From: Lama guanicoe
Taxonomy: Eukaryota
Reading direction: 5' to 3'
Assembly (NCBI GenBank): GCA_013239625.1
Contig: MU055574.1
Location: forward strand, 20,506,115-20,570,114
Length of the DNA stretch: 64,000 nucleotides
Below the pieces are notes generated by a model, which saw only the letters and a program-made list of their open reading frames with translations, was not told the DNA's origin and did not search any database. Numbering within the stretch: position 1 is the stretch's first letter; every line of letters starts with the position of its first letter. Below, one piece after another: positions 14,050 to 28,020 of this stretch. Both the position numbers and the translations under genes were made by a program.

Positions 14050-15200
14050 AGTCTCAGGACTATCACCTGTAAGGAGTGAGGATGCAGGACTGTGTGGAGG
14101 AGACGCTGAGCTATGAAGTAGTTTCAACAGGTCTCAGCAGATGCCATAGGGGCTCTGAGTCTGGGATGGCCCTTTGAGAGGTGTGTGGCGGTATGTCAGG
14201 CTGGTTCCCATCGGCTTGTGGGGGCAACTGTTTGCATCTCCCCCCAGCTCCTCCTTCAGTGACGTCAGCCTGATCTTGAAATTGACCACAGTAGAAGTAT
14301 TTACACCCTGGAAATTGCCCAACCTTACAAACCAGAGCTTTTTTTTCCCCGCAAAGAAGTGGTTGTTAAATATTTACACAGGACACACAACTATGTCTCT
14401 AATGATGTAAGGGGATGGAAACTTTGTATCTTTGCATCAACTGATTGTTTTGTATCTTTGCATCAACTAATTGTTGGCCATGGGTTGCCCCTGGAGAGGG
14501 GATGTTGCTTAGGTCGAGTAGCCCCCATCAGCTGAGGGCCATGCCTGGAAAAGAACACAGTTGTGAGCCTTCAGCAGAAAATTGTCCCTGAATCTGGGGA
14601 AATTAGTGCCTTCAGTGGGAAGGGGGAACTTGGGCAGGGTACCACCATCCACTACAGTCCGCCTTTTGCACAACTGCTTCATCTGGTAAGTTCATCTCAT
14701 CTGGAAAGTTCATCTCATCTGGAAACATCTACTCCAGGAATCTGGTCAGTCTCTTTTCCTGGGAAATTTGCAAGAGGAAGACTGGTCTTCTCAAGGCTGT
14801 GTGTAGTTCATCACCCCCTCCTTTTCCATCCATTCTAGGTTCCCTCCTCCTTCACCAGTACCTCTGCTGGTCTAGGCAGCCTTCCTGGTAGGATGACCCA
14901 GATGCTCATCTCCAGGGGTGGAAAATCCTGGTCGCCATCAGGCTGTGGCTGTTGCACAATGACTAGCTGCCATCAGAATTGGGCAGGGAAATACCAGGAG
15001 ACAGCCTCATGGACCACCGGTGTGTAAATCTGTTCTTCTACACCCCCACGTGGAAGGACAGACCCTCCTGATGATCAGGGTCACGCTGGTGTGATGAATC
15101 TTCTGTTGCCAGCTCACCCCTTGTCACAAGGAGACCTGGTGGCCACTGTGGCCCCAAGGGAAGAATTCCTTCTTTGGAAACCAGGGCCTCTCAACCCCCA
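14050..15200 (-). mobile_element. Degenerate ERVL-class LTR/internal fragment interrupted by a MER63-like hAT element (~14190-14390)
   Basis: ERVL-like text (ggggctctgagtctgggatggccctt; ttccatccattctaggttccct...ggatgacccag) and MER63-like gaagtatttacaccctggaaattg...ttgttaaatatttaca. Confidence 0.5.
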
Positions 15201-16449
15201 GATCCAGGATCCTTCTAGAGTTTCATCCATCCAGCTTTTACCAAGTCTGTTCCACGTGTGATATTCTTCAGACTGCAAGAAAATAAATCTGGTTTCCTGT
15301 TTGGTAGGAGTTGAACCATTAGCCTAGGGTTTGGACTCAGAACAGGGACTCAGATACAGCTGTACTCCCTTTTAAGTGATCCCTGAGTGCTGCCCGCAGT
15401 GAGTGGAGAGTCTCGTCTCTAACAAGAAGAGGAGCAGAAAGAAGTGTGACTCCTGGTAGGAAGTAACTGGGTCAATTCTAGAATGAACGTCGCATGCTGG
15501 TCAGCGTTAGGTATGGGGCTTTCCATCCTGTATATTGATTAATACTTTCTTTTCCATTAGCATGTAAAGTGTGCTTTCTTAAGCAAATCGTGTCACAGAT
15601 AATATAGCATTTTCATTAAGACCATCCCTGTTCATTAAACACCCCCACCCCATTTTAGAGTTTTTTGTGCCGATTTTTAGATAATACAAGGTGTCTCTAT
15701 CTCAAGGGTATGAAACTCTTAAAATGAAATTAATGTTAATTGGCCTAAAGTGCCAAACCGCCCAATTATTAAGGGTGGAGAAGAGTAGAGAGGGAAGAGA
15801 AAGATTATTTGAACAAACAAGAGAGAGACGTCATCGTTCCCAAAATAGAGGGAATAGTAAGAGCAGGCTGGGTCTTACTCTGTAATTGCTCAGGGGGTGT
15901 TCTTTTTGTCTCTCCCGCTAGGTTGTCGAGTCACTGAAGCTTCTGACTTCCCATGGTATTGGCTGCAGCTGAGGAAAGTCTGAGCGCTGGTAATAGTAAA
16001 CAGGGGATTGAATCATTCGATTCCTGCCAGAGGAAAGTTCACTCAGCACTTCCTGGATTGACCTGATTTTCAACTTTATAATGAAGAGGCCACAACAGAC
16101 TCTTCTACTGTGTAGTCCAAGCCTCAGGTGAGGCCGTTTTGCCAAACACCTGATGTAAGTCTTCGTCCTGGCGTTTACCCCTTTTATTCAGCCTGCTCAG
16201 GAGAAGTAGAAAATATTCATTCATTGGAATGTTACTTTTCTGTTCACTTGTTTATCAACTATTTTGTTGAATTCTTCTGATGTGCACAGCATTGCATTGG
16301 TCCCCTAGAGTCCACAACAATGTGTGTGTTCCTGGCTTACGTGGGTGGTGACTCCAGCTGGTATAGCTCAGAGTTACCTTGCTTAACCAGAATAGGTACG
16401 TTGGAAAACCTTTCCAGCTCCATTCCATAGGTGCCTGGTCTTTTTAAAA

Positions 16450-16965
16450 ATTATTATGTAAACAGATTTATTGAGAGATAATTCACTTCCATACAATTTG
16501 CATATTTAAAGTGATTAATGGCATTTAAGTATCTTCCCAGATACGTGCAGTCCTCCCCATAGTCAATGTTAGAACATTTTCAGAGCCTCAGAAAGAAACT
16601 TCATACTCCTTAGTTACCTGTCCCCGCAGCGTTCCTCTCCCCACCCCTAAGCCGCCCCCAATCTACTTTCTCTGTAGATTTCCCTTTCTTGGATATTTCA
16701 CATAAATGGAATCACATAATAGGAGGTATTTTGTGTCCTTGTCGACACTTGTCGTCTCATCTTTTTGATTCTAATCATCCTAGTGAGAGTGACGTGGTCT
16801 CCTACTGTAGTTTTGATTTGCATCTCCCTAATGACTAGCGCTGTGGAGTATCTTTTCATGTGCTTTGTGACCATTTGTATATCTTTCTTGAAGAAATGCC
16901 TGTTCAGTTCCTTTGTCCATTTTTAAATTAGGTTATTTGTCTTTTTACAATTGAGTTGTAAGAAG
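16450..16965 (-). mobile_element. Old LINE-1 (L1MA/MB-like) 3' fragment
   Basis: ttattgagagataattcac...aaatggaatcacataat...gttttgatttgcatctccctaatgactag. Confidence 0.75.
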
Positions 16966-18019
16966 GTGCCTGGTCTGTAAGAGGTGTTAATATTTGAAGC
17001 AGCATATTCCAACCTGGTCCTTAGAAGTTTCACGTGTGTATCGTGTTTTTAAGAAACATTTCCCCAAAATATACATATAGCAATCGTGAGGTCTCACAGA
17101 GCAGTTAAACTCTTAGATTTCTTTCCTTAAGTCAGGAATTGTAGCGACCTCGAATGGTTACATGAGTTATTTCAGGCTTGTCAGGTGTTGATGGCATGGA
17201 GTTCTCTCGAGTGAAATTGGTGACCCTGACACAGGGGACAGAGCCATGTCTTGGGCAGCCACAGCTCCTGGACTGGACATATCTAGCATGCACTCAGCCT
17301 CAGATAAGAATACTAAGTGACACACCGAATTTTAGCACTGTTTATGGTCTTTTATTCATTCAACAAACAGTAGACATTTTGTTGCTGTTGAAACTATGAG
17401 AATCATTTCTGAGGGAATAACTGACTTCATTTATCTCTTCTGTAAATGTGTAAATTTCTCATTGGACAAGAGACCACTGTATTACCCTCACTTTTCAGTG
17501 TTCTTCCAGCTAAAGATCATCCACTCTGTTTTCTCATACCTTGTTATCATTTTTCATGCTCTCTCCAGGGTTTTCATTAACAAATTTGCAATGTGTATGA
17601 AGTATGGGGTTGTAATTAGGACACATTATTCTATTTGGAACCTTGGCAATGGTGGGCCCAGGGAGCAGAAGGCTGGGTACTCAAAGCTTCACTGTGCTCT
17701 GTTCCTGCGGGTACATTCTCGCACCTCACTTGCACCTGAACCCACTCCCTCCTCCAAATCAGGGCCACTACTTCCTTTTCTAATATGGGAGACTGTTAAA
17801 GCTGTAGTCAGCACTGTCCTCTCTGGATTTTTTTTCTGGTGTATATGTGCCTTTCCCATTCCCATCTCTTAACCACAGCGTTGGTTTTCTCTCCCATGCT
17901 GTCAGGATGTTCTCCTCCTGTAAAGCCTTCTCTAAATCCACTCAGCAGACAGAGTTAGTCGTTTCTAGCCTTGACCTTTCAGTGCACTTTCTAGAGTCCT
18001 TCATTATACTGGTTAATTT

Positions 18020-18530
18020 GTTTGCTTATTTATCCATTTGTTCAACAAATATTTGGCAGGTGCCTACTACACGCAGGTGTGTGCTAGGACCGGGTGTACC
18101 CTTGTGCGCAGAGAAGGCGAAGTCCCTGCCCTCGCTGAGCTGACAGTCTAGGAGAGGAACGTCTCGTAAATAAAAAGTGAGTCTGAAGCGTGCAACACTC
18201 TGGCATGAAGAAGCAAAGAGGGCTGAGATAGAGAATCAGGTGGAGCGAACAACTGTTTGGATCGGCTGCAGCTGGCCTCTCCAAGGCTGAGAAGGCGCCA
18301 GTTTCCTCTGCTGGTGTGGGAAAGAGTGTTCCTGGCAGAAGAAACTGTAGACACACAAGCCTGAGTCTGGAAAGAACTCGGTGAGAATGCCGTTCACAAA
18401 GGGGACCAGTGGGACAAAAGGTTAGTGGGGGTGAGGGTGGAACCAGAGGAGGAGGAACAGGTTCGTAGTCTTGCAGGCCAGAGGCCAGACTTGGATTAAT
18501 TTACAAGCGCAACGGGAAACAATTGTACTA
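18020..18530 (-). mobile_element. LINE-2 3' fragment
   Basis: ttcaacaaatatttggcaggtgcctact...gtccctgccctcgctgagctgacagtcta. Confidence 0.6.
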
Positions 18531-21214
18531 TTTTAGTGGGGGATTGCCATGACCTCATCACGGGCACAATTTCTCTATCCCCAAACGGAGGTGTGCGGAA
18601 ACGTGACTTCTCTAAAATGGAATTCAACTTGGCTGACGACGTTTCGTTCTTCTGGAGGAGAACTGCATCTTGCCATGATTCAGTTGCCTCTGGTTTACAA
18701 CAGTCTCTTTTGGGAAACCACTAGGTTAATTGGTGATTCTCTCCAACCTCCCTCCCTGGTCCTTTCTCCCTAGATGGGGCTAGGTTTGGGGAGGCTCCCA
18801 TGCTGTTCTGGGGTGGGGAAGTGCTTTATGGTCCTCAGTCATCTTGCTCTTGCTGGTTTCCAAGGAGGCACACCATCCTGTAAGGCCACCCTCACTGGGC
18901 CATCTTGGTTGGTCTTGGTCCCAATCAGGAAAGCCCCGCCAGGACCCCTGGCTAGTTTCCTTGCTGCCCCACCCCCTGTGAATCTTCTCACAAGCTCACC
19001 TGCCTGAGCACCTTAGCGTGGCTCCCTAACCACTCCGGTGCCCTGTGGGCACAGAAATGGTCTGGGGGGTTGGCAGCCTCTCGGGCAAAGCCCTGGGAGC
19101 CAGGTGTCTTCAGTTTACCTGGGATTCCCACCACGCTGGCTGTATTCTCCCATTTCAGCAGGCAGCCCACGAGACGGGGGCTGGACCCATCCCCAGGGGC
19201 CCGCTCCCAGCATCTAAATTATTGATGACTCACAATTTCCTCTTTCTACCCCTGCAGGTTGAGCACTGCCTTTTGGGTGGGAAAAGGTTCATATGCTTCC
19301 ACATGTTTCCCACTCTGAAGGCAGAGTTAACCCAGTCCTGGGAAGCAGAACAGGATTGAATATTCCACCCGGGGGCGGGGGACCTGGTCCAGCTCAGCCC
19401 TCTTGCTCAGAGGTCAGACTTCCATTCCCCTCGCCAGCTCCACCCTGAGGATTCTCCCCTCCACGAGCACCTCTGTCCTCTGCTCTAGGGGACGTGGGAG
19501 TGTCCTGGGCCCTCGGCCGGTGGACTGGGAAGTTCGAGGCACAAGAGTGAGTCAGCTAAACCCCTCAAACTGGTGGGCAACAGTCTGGTGACACTCAACA
19601 AGGCGTCACCAGCCTGTCTCCCCATCTGTTTCAGACTCAAGGCCCACACTCTGCTTCCTCCCTGGGAACCCCCTTCCTCTCTGCCCCCTCAGCTCCCGGC
19701 ATATTTTATCTCAGCTCTGGGAGCCCAAACCAGCTCTCTACCTCTCCAGACCAACTTCCTGTCCTCCTGAGCCTGGTGGACAAGTATTTGCAAACGTTGT
19801 TCCCCGTCTGGGTCTGAAATGGGTGACTCAGGGCCACGGGTTAGGAGGAGGGACCCTAGTGGACAACTTTCACTTCTAAACATGTAAAACCTCTCAGTGG
19901 CTGCCACATAGCAGCAGAGGATAAAAGGGGGCCACTCAGGAGGCGAGAGCGGATGGTGACTGGGCCAGGGGTGGTCCTGGGGACAGGACAGCACAAAACC
20001 CTACTATCTTGTTCTGTATTTTGTGATTAGAGACCGACTGTATGGTGTGTGCCTCTAAGTACAGGACCTCGTTTCATTATTTCAAGGACTCTTGAGATTA
20101 GTTCTGCATTTGCATGGAACTTGGGAATTCTATTTCAGTCTCCTAACCTTTTTCAGCCTTTCAGGGTCATCTTGATTGCATTCTTGCTCTGGCCCAGACT
20201 AGCCATATAAATTTTGATTAATGGCAGCAACCAGCCAAAGAAACCAGATGTCTCCTGTAAACACACTGAGGAGTTATTTTGTCTCCTAAATAGTCGGCTC
20301 CCGAGGGGATACATTGAGGAAGGACCCTGTCTGTAGGCGATTAGACAGTTGAGGACGCCTGTATAATTAAGGGGATTGTGGGTTTGCCGTTCATTCTGGA
20401 AAGGTGTCTAATTTCTCTCTTTAGCCTAAAGCCAGCAAATTTCAAAACTCAGGTAGGTCGGAGTTCAGTCAGCCTCGGCAGAAGCCACACGAGGGGCCTC
20501 CCTCCATCGCCTAAAAGGTAGGGTTTGCGGCAGGGACGCCAAGGTTACCGGTGGACACACCCCTGGTACTTGTGTGCCTCCCACCGAGGTTTCCTGTCGC
20601 TTTGGTGGCAAATCTGCCCCTACTGTGTGAACAATCACACCATCTGCCTTGAGTCTGCAGGACAGGAAAACGTGAAGCAACAATCCACATGTGTAATTAG
20701 CCCACCCCACCGGACTTTTCTAACTTCTGTAACCACACACCTATAGCACGCTCTTGGGAAACAGAAAATCATGGTAAGAACTGCTCAGTGAAGCTCTTTC
20801 ACAAACTCTAGAGTAGAACTGCTTAAAGCAAAGCACAGTGTTCGAGGTGGAAAATTGGATGCAGAGCAAAGGGATACTTAGAACAGCTGACTTGTAAGGG
20901 ACCATTTTCTGGCGTAGCAGCCTGTCACAGTGGATGTTTTTCTTGAGCTGCAAGGAATACCACTTCTTCTATGGGAGTGTCTGTAGGCTGGGAACTGGGG
21001 AAGACATTGCTTGTTTTGCAACTGTAATTGCAAACAGAAATGCTGGCAGGGCTTCTTTAAATGGACCAGAAAAATGTATCCTGAAATCAAACGGCATCCT
21101 CACCACTGTTCCCAGCGCTTTATACAAAGATAGCAAAGACTGTGAGGGACTGATGGGCGGACGTGGGTGAGGTGACATCACACACTGCACCTGGAAACTC
21201 AGTGTAGAAGGGTT

Positions 21215-21572
21215 TAGATCTGGGGTCTCTGAATCTTTTGGTCTCAGGATTTCTTTGCACTTTTAAAAAGTATTGAGGGCCTCCAAGCGCTTGTTCTTTT
21301 TCAATGTGGATTATGTCTACTGATATTTACCATATTCAATATTAAAACTGAGAAGCTTTTAAGGAATAGTGAAACCCTTGAGCCATTAGCTGAGAGAAAT
21401 GACATCACACCTCAGGGAGCCGCTGGAAAACAGCACTGTACATGTGTGAAAGAGTGAAAGGGGCAAAACAAAGCTTAGAGTTATTTTTAAAATAGCTTTG
21501 ATCTCATGGACACTTTGAAAAGGTCTCAGGACCACTCAGGGGTCCCTGGACCACACTCTGAGAACCACTGGT
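21215..21572. mobile_element. hAT-Charlie/MER-type DNA transposon remnant
   Basis: Ends ggggtctctgaatcttttggtctcagga ... gaccacactctgagaaccactg. Confidence 0.55.
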
Positions 21573-21824
21573 ATAGACAAAGGTAGATGGCGCCTCAGCC
21601 CCTGCTGAACACCACTGAAGAACTGAGTTTCTGTGTCCAGAGGGACACTCAGTTAATGCCAGTGAGTTGAAAATCTGCAACCCAAAGAAAGGGTCACAGC
21701 ACAGTGGGGAACGGAAGAGGATTTCCAATTTTACAGGGATTAAAAATACGTCCCCAGAGCAGGTGGATGGCAAGAGAACAGCAAAGGTGAATATCAAGTT
21801 TCTTTCTATTAATTCTTAGTCTGC

Positions 21825-21943
21825 TTTTTTGAGGGGGCGAGTAATTTGATTTATTTATTTATTTTTAATGGAGGTACTGAGGACTGAACCCAGGACCTCA
21901 CACATGCTAGACATGCGCTCTACCACTGAGCTACACCCTCCTC
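21825..21943 (-). mobile_element. Camelid tRNA-derived SINE (Vic-1-like)
   Basis: Same A/B-box head; flanked by ttagtctgc/ttagtctac target-site duplication. Confidence 0.85.
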
Positions 21944-22365
21944 TTTAGTCTACTTGTTAATGTGCATTCAACATATGATATTTAAAAACCGTCACCACAC
22001 CTACACTGTTACTGAGCACTTAATGTGTACAGATCACATAGACATTCTCTATCAAGGAGTCTCCGTGTGTTTGGGACAGTGCTGGGCACTTCACAGCCAT
22101 CCATTGCAATTCATATGTTACAGACTAGGTAATTACAGTTGACAGAGGTGAAGCTCGTCATCCAAATGGCCCAGCTAGAAGGTAGGAGACAGCAGGATTT
22201 CCGACCCAAGATGCCCTTCGAAAGCCCAGATACTTAAGCACAAAACCACAGTACAGCCCACAAACAGCTCTGTGCATTCCAAGGCCCATGGGAAAGAGCT
22301 CACATGTGTAGCCCAAGTCACGGGTCAGCCTCTCTCACCAAGTGCATGATGCTCCCTGCTCGCTG

Positions 22366-22864
22366 TGTAGGGCAGGAAAACTCTTCCCTTCCTCCCTTCG
22401 AGTTTCTTTGATTAAACTGGTCTAGCAATTAATAATTAAGTTGACAAGTCTAACAATTACATTGATATAAGACAGGTTAATAGGAGAAAACCAGATTTAA
22501 TTACATCCCTATGGGAACTCAAAGTCATGGGACTCAGAGCGAGTCGGGCAGGTGAGGCTTATGTGCCTTCCTGGGCTCAGGAATGGGGTGGGGTCTGGGG
22601 CTTTGAGGAAGGAGGGTGAGTCAGAATCACGGGACATGAGAAGAGCAGGTGTTTGGTACTTAGCTGTTTGCCCTGCCATTCAGCTGGGTCATTCAGATCA
22701 AAAATCATCTCTGGTAACAGCTCTTTCTGTCCAGGCCTCTCTCAAGTGGTTAAGGGAAGGGTAAATGGTTTTTTTAAATCTGCTGGGTCTTGAATATCTT
22801 TAGCTTGAAACAATCCACGTGCCAAAGTGGCACATTTGTGGGTAGCCTATTCTGCTCCCCTTCC
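22366..22864. mobile_element. Solo ERV LTR
   Basis: Starts TGTAGGGCAGGAAAA, ends ...ttctgctccccttc; LTR-like internal text (ccaaagtggcacattt). Confidence 0.6.
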
Positions 22865-23701
22865 GTGCTGTATTAGATTTTTGGAAGATGCACAAAAATA
22901 ATACTATGCAGGCACACAAAATCATACAACATATAGCCCCTGCCTTTGAGTTTACCAAAATAAATGCCACCAAAGGGGAAGTTAGCTAACAGTGCGAGTT
23001 AGTATATGACAAGTACCAAAGGAGATGGGTGTCTTTGACATTCAGAGTGGGGCGCCCACTGGACCAGAGGGATCAACTGAGCCATCGTGGAGAAGGAGAG
23101 TTTGTGCTAGGCTTAAAGGAAAGATAGGAAGAAGGTTTAGAGGACAAAAGACTGGAATTGGCGTCAGACACTAGGCGTCAGCTGAGCCCCAGTCTGTCCT
23201 TACTCCGACGTGCCAGCTGCAGCCCATTACAGACATCCTGGGTGTGCGGGCAGCCACGTGGCGGGGACATGTCTAGGCGCCGACCCCTGTCTCACCACTG
23301 CTGGGCAGCTTGTCCCCTCTCCTTGCTCATTTGCATGTCCCGTGCATGTCCCGAGTCCTGCTGCCCCAGTGTGGCCTGTCCCACCCTTGGAGCCGGTCCT
23401 CAGCCAGCAGCGCCCCATAAATATCAATTCTGCTCATGCTTCTCATACTTTCCCAACTGAGCTGTTCTCTCTGAACCTCCTTTGAAATCTCACAGACCAA
23501 CAGCCCACTCCAGGCGCCTCCATTTCCTTGTTTTACAACCTTAGGCAAGTCGCTTTAACCTTTCGTGAACTGCAATTTGCTCATGTGTGAAATGAGGAAA
23601 ATAATGCCTTACAGAGTTGTTATGAAGGTTAATGATTGTCAGCCACCCGGTATAATACTTGGCACATTGCAAGTACTTGATAAATTAGAACAGCTCTTTC
23701 T

Positions 23702-24042
23702 TTCTTTCTTTTTTTTTAAATTAAAGTACAGTCAGTTACAATGCGTCAGTTTCTGGAGTACAGCATAATGTCCCAGTCATGCATATATATACATATATTT
23801 GATTTCATATTCTTTTTCTTTAAAGGTTATTACAAGATATTGAATATAGTTCCCTGTGCTGTTGCTATACAGAAGAAACTTGTTTTTTTAATCTATTTTT
23901 ATATATAGTGGTTATCATTTGCAAATATCAAACTCCCAAATTTGTCCCTTCCCACCCTCTTTCCCCCAGTAACCATAAGATTGTTTACTATGTCTTCGAG
24001 TCTGTTTCTGTTTTGTAGATGAGTTCATTAGCATCCTCTTTT
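23702..24042 (-). mobile_element. 5'-truncated LINE-1 inserted at end of a MIR
   Basis: T-rich tail and L1 3' UTR; 17-bp TSD ttagaacagct(c/a)tttct at 23685 and 24043. Confidence 0.85.
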
Positions 24043-24654
24043 TTAGAACAGCTATTTCTTACCCATCTCTGGTATCCTGCACCTATGACATAGTTGCAAG
24101 CAAGACAAGTTATGAAATGTTACATTGGATTAATTCACTTCTTTGTTTCAAATTTCCAATCATCATGGAACTGGGTCATCACGGTAAGATAAAAAAAGAA
24201 ATAGAAAAAAAGATACTGGTAGTTGAGCTGACTGTCCCCAGAGGGAGTGGAGAGAGGGAGAGAGGGAGGCAGGGAGAGAGGGTGGGAGGGGGAATCAGAC
24301 TGGGAGTGTTTTAACTTTTTAAGACACTCAGCATTTTTTAATCTTGATAAATAACCATAAATCCCTATTAATACCCTTTTGATACTAGAGAATATTATTT
24401 ATGAGGACTAGTCATATCTACTATGTATGTATGTAATGATTTACTCAGGGGCAGAAGTTGGATAGTCAAAGAAGAATGATTTTTGACTCTAGTCCAACAT
24501 CCCTCAAACTCAGCTTTCCCCATTGCTGTTTTCCAAAAAAGGAAGGAAGGAAGGAAGGAAAGCAGGAGGGGAGAGAGAGAGAGAGAGACGGAGCAAGCAA
24601 GCTGTTTAGTAGCAGGCTTCACCCTCTCTGTGGATGTTACCACTTCATCATCTT

Positions 24655-24746
24655 GTTTGTTTTTTATTGAAGTACAGTCAATTACAATGTGTCAATTTCA
24701 GGTGTACAGCACAGTGTCCCAGCCATGCATATACATGCATATTCAT
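24655..24746 (-). mobile_element. LINE-1 tail fragment
   Basis: ttttattgaagtacagtcaattacaatgtgtcaatttcaggtgtacagcacag; TSD acttca(t/c)cat. Confidence 0.75.
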
Positions 24747-25561
24747 ACTTCACCATTTGACATGTTAATAATTAGTGTTGGTTTCTTTCCACCAAGTCTT
24801 TTCTAATGTTGGTTGGGTATCTCAAGCTAGGAGAAGTGATCGTTTACAATTAAAAAAATTATTGAAGAGAGAGGAAAGAGTTCCATTTTTAATGAAATAA
24901 GGGTATCAAAGGCAAGTGTAGTCAGTTAGTGTGACCGAGACCCATTGATGACTCGGGCCAGGGTTTTGGTGCTTATTTCAATCTTACCAATTTTCGTATT
25001 GACAGAGCTTTATAATTTTCATGCCACAGCCACACACATCATCCCATTTTACTGCTACCCTTTAAATGGAGTTTTTAAAGCTTAGGATGCCTTTATCTGA
25101 AATAATAGATAAATCAATTCAGAGTTAATAAAGAGAAGTTGGATATTTCTTTTTTTTTTTTTTAGCTCATATACAAAGAAGTCTAAAGAAAGGCTTCTCT
25201 CTGCCATCTGCATTGTCAAATGTTTCCTCAGGCTGATAGGATAGCCGCTAATGATAATTGGACCTATACATTTCCCTGTCCATGCCTGAGGTGGGGGGCG
25301 GGGAGGGGAGAGAGAGAGGGAGAGAGGCTAGCTTTGTGTAGCAACATTTTCTTCAGAGCAAGGATGCTGATTTCCCAGAAGCCTCCAGTAATCCTCTCCT
25401 CTTTTGTGTCTCACTGGCACAGAATGGCTTAGGTGTGCCCATTTCTGAGCTGACCTGGCTTAGGAGATAGACATCTTTGATTGGCTTAGACTAATCAGCT
25501 GGGATGTAATAGATATTGAGCAGTCAGCAATGTCCTCTATATGTGTCCATTTTCTAGATCT

Positions 25562-25775
25562 GCGTTGGCAGACTATATAGTCCTTGGTCCAAATCTGGCT
25601 GACTGCCTGTTCTTGTAAATAAAGTTTTATTGGAACACAGCCATGCTCATTTGCTTATGGAGATTTATGGCTGCTCTCATGCTATAATAGTGGAGCTGAA
25701 TAGTTGTGACAGAGAACATAAAGCCTAAAATATTTACCATCTGGCCTTAATAGAGAGTGTGTAGACCTTTGCTCT
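25562..25775. mobile_element. MER58-like hAT DNA transposon
   Basis: ccaaatctggctgactgcctgttcttgtaaataaagttttattggaacacagccatgctcatt. Confidence 0.75.
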
Positions 25776-26382
25776 GGATGAAGAAAGTGTGTCTGAGATT
25801 AAATGACCTCCAAAGTCAAAGAGCTAAGAAGAGGCAGGGACTAGATTCTAACTCAGATGCCTGGAGCCCTCTCTGCTACCAGGTCCACTGGGAGAGTTTC
25901 CTGGGATAGGCTTGCATTTTTTGTGATGTGCGCCAAGGTGGTCTTTTGTACACAGTATCTCTGAGAAGGGCCTGCTGAAATAAATCTATAATGACTAATT
26001 CAATTCTTAGGAACAATGAGTTCACACAATACTATAAATAGAGGAATAGGATGGGGCATGAAAACACTGAAGGGATATTTTATAATTCATCGTCATAAGT
26101 TTGACATCCCATTAAAAATACACAAACACCAACTGGGATAGTTGATAAAGTCTGTCAATAACCATTGGAATAAAATGAAAGATTTTCAAAAAAATAACAT
26201 CACATAGATGCAATGCTGATTCATGTGAATGTTATAGTCACAGAAAATTAGTTTTAAAAATGAAAGAGAAAATAGTAAAATGAATGAATACAGTCTTCAT
26301 AAAAAAGACACACTTATGATATCTATTTTTCCCTGATTATGCATTCCCCGTCTGCCTTTACTTTTTCAGCCCTCTGCCTTTC

Positions 26383-26885
26383 TGTAGTATCCAGTCTCCA
26401 AGATGACTTTCAGTCACCCTCACCTTTTGGCATACATGATTTGGGGAGCTTCCTACCATATTTTACAGAAGTGTTGGCCTGTGTGACCAATAGAATATGA
26501 CCAAAGTGATGGTATCTAAGGCTTTGTCGTAGAAGGCATTGCAACTTCTGTCTTGGTTTCCTGGACTACTTGCTCTGGGGGAGATCCTGTCACCATGCTA
26601 TAAGGATACTCAGGGAGCCCTGTGGAAAGGCCCCCACAGACAGGAACTCAAGCCTCCCACCATCAGCCACACCAACTTGCTAGCCAAGTGAGTGAGCACC
26701 TTGGCAGCAGCTCGGCCCCAGTCAAACCTTCGGATGATAGCAACCTGGGTTCACACTTGACTGTAACCTTAGAAGAGACGCTGAGCCAGAACCTCTCTGC
26801 TCACACACACAGAGTGTGAGATAATAAATGCTCATTGCTATCAAGTTTTGGGGTAGTTTGTTAAGTTGCAATAGATAACTAATGT
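26383..26885 (+). mobile_element. MaLR LTR (MLT1 family)
   Basis: tgtagtatccagtctccaagatg...gtgagataataaatg...gcaatagataactaat. Confidence 0.75.
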
Positions 26886-27350
26886 CCATTTCTGCCATAG
26901 TGGGTCAAAAGACTCATGGCAGTGTAGGCAGGCAGGTCAGAATGAAGGGTTAGCAATGAAACAAAGGACAAAGAAAGAGGCTAGGTTTGAAGTCGAAGGA
27001 AGTTCACAGGAGGGAAATAAAAGGTAGAATGTGTGACAATTATATAGCCCAGATTTTTCAGGGCCAGTAAGTTCAAGTTCACTGTTCTGATAACAATAAC
27101 AATAGTAGTTTTTACTGAACCCTTACTAGGCGCCAGACACCGTGGTAGTAAACTTAAGCAACCTTTCTTTTAGGGACCATGGTTCTGATTTCCTGGTTCA
27201 GAAAATATGCACCTTAGAAGAAGGGAAACGGAAAAGGGAGGGAGTAGTAGGCATGATGGATAAAAGCTGGACAACAGGGGATGTTGAAAATAAGATTATA
27301 TGAAAAAATCTATATATGTACATGGAACTTTTAAAACTTGACAAGGTGAC

Positions 27351-27480
27351 GGGGGAGGGTGTAGCTCAAGTGGTAGAGCGCATGCTTAGCACACACAAGG
27401 TCCTGGGTTCATTCTCCGGGACCTCCTCTAAAGAATAAATAAATAAGCCTAGTTACTTCCTTCCCAAAACAAAAACAAAA
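27351..27480 (+). mobile_element. Camelid tRNA-derived SINE (Vic-1-like)
   Basis: GGGGGAGGGTGTAGCTCAAGTGGTAGAGCGCATGCTTAGC...GGTCCTGGGTTC, A-rich tail; TSD aaaacttgac(a/g)aggtga. Confidence 0.9.
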
Positions 27481-27509
27481 CTTGACGAGGTGAGGGCGAA
27501 GTGTTGGAG

Positions 27510-27557
27510 ATATATATGTATGTATGTATGTATGTGTGTGTGTGTGTGTGTGTGTGT
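27510..27557. repeat. (TA)n(TATG)n(TG)n compound microsatellite
   Basis: Directly visible. Confidence 0.9.
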
Positions 27558-27634
27558 TACAGAGCTAAGAGATGCTCTTCTTCTTTTCCCTATTTATTTT
27601 TTCATTGTTAATTTTTATTGGGTAAATTGACATG

Positions 27635-27737
27635 TTTTTCTTATTCTTTTTTTTGTTTTTAATGGAGGTACTGGATATTGAACCCAGGACCGCATGCATG
27701 CCAAGCATGCACTCTACCAATGAGCTATACCCTCCCT
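27635..27737 (-). mobile_element. Camelid tRNA-derived SINE (Vic-1-like)
   Basis: aatggaggtactggatattgaacccaggacc...tctaccaatgagctataccctccc. Confidence 0.85.
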
Positions 27738-27849
27738 ACTAGGAAAATAGACATTTTATATTGGGTTTTCTTACACAAAGCCTTAGGCTATGTCTTCATT
27801 TAGTCAAGTTGCTAAAGGTTCTCCAACAGTGGTTCTTTTTGATTTCCCT

Positions 27850-28020
27850 TTTGTTTTTGTTTTTTATTGAAGTATAGTTGGTTTACAATGTTGTGTTGCT
27901 GGTGTACAGAATAGTGATTCAGTTCTATGTATATATATTCTTTTCATATTTTTTCATTTTAGGTTATTACAAGCTATTGAATATAGTTCCCTGTGCTACA
28001 CAGTAGATCCTTGTTGTTAG
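27850..28020 (-). mobile_element. LINE-1 3' tail
   Basis: ttttattgaagtatagttggtttacaatgttgtg...tattgaatatagttccctgtgctacacagtag. Confidence 0.75.

Noticed and set aside
14422-14726. Short tandem duplications (~27 bp at 14422-14475; ~18 bp at 14688-14726)
   Set aside because: Two-copy slippage events inside a decayed ERVL-like element; no sign of function.
27351-27425. tRNA-like sequence (A and B boxes)
   Set aside because: It is the head of a multi-copy SINE with an A-rich tail and TSD, not a tRNA gene.
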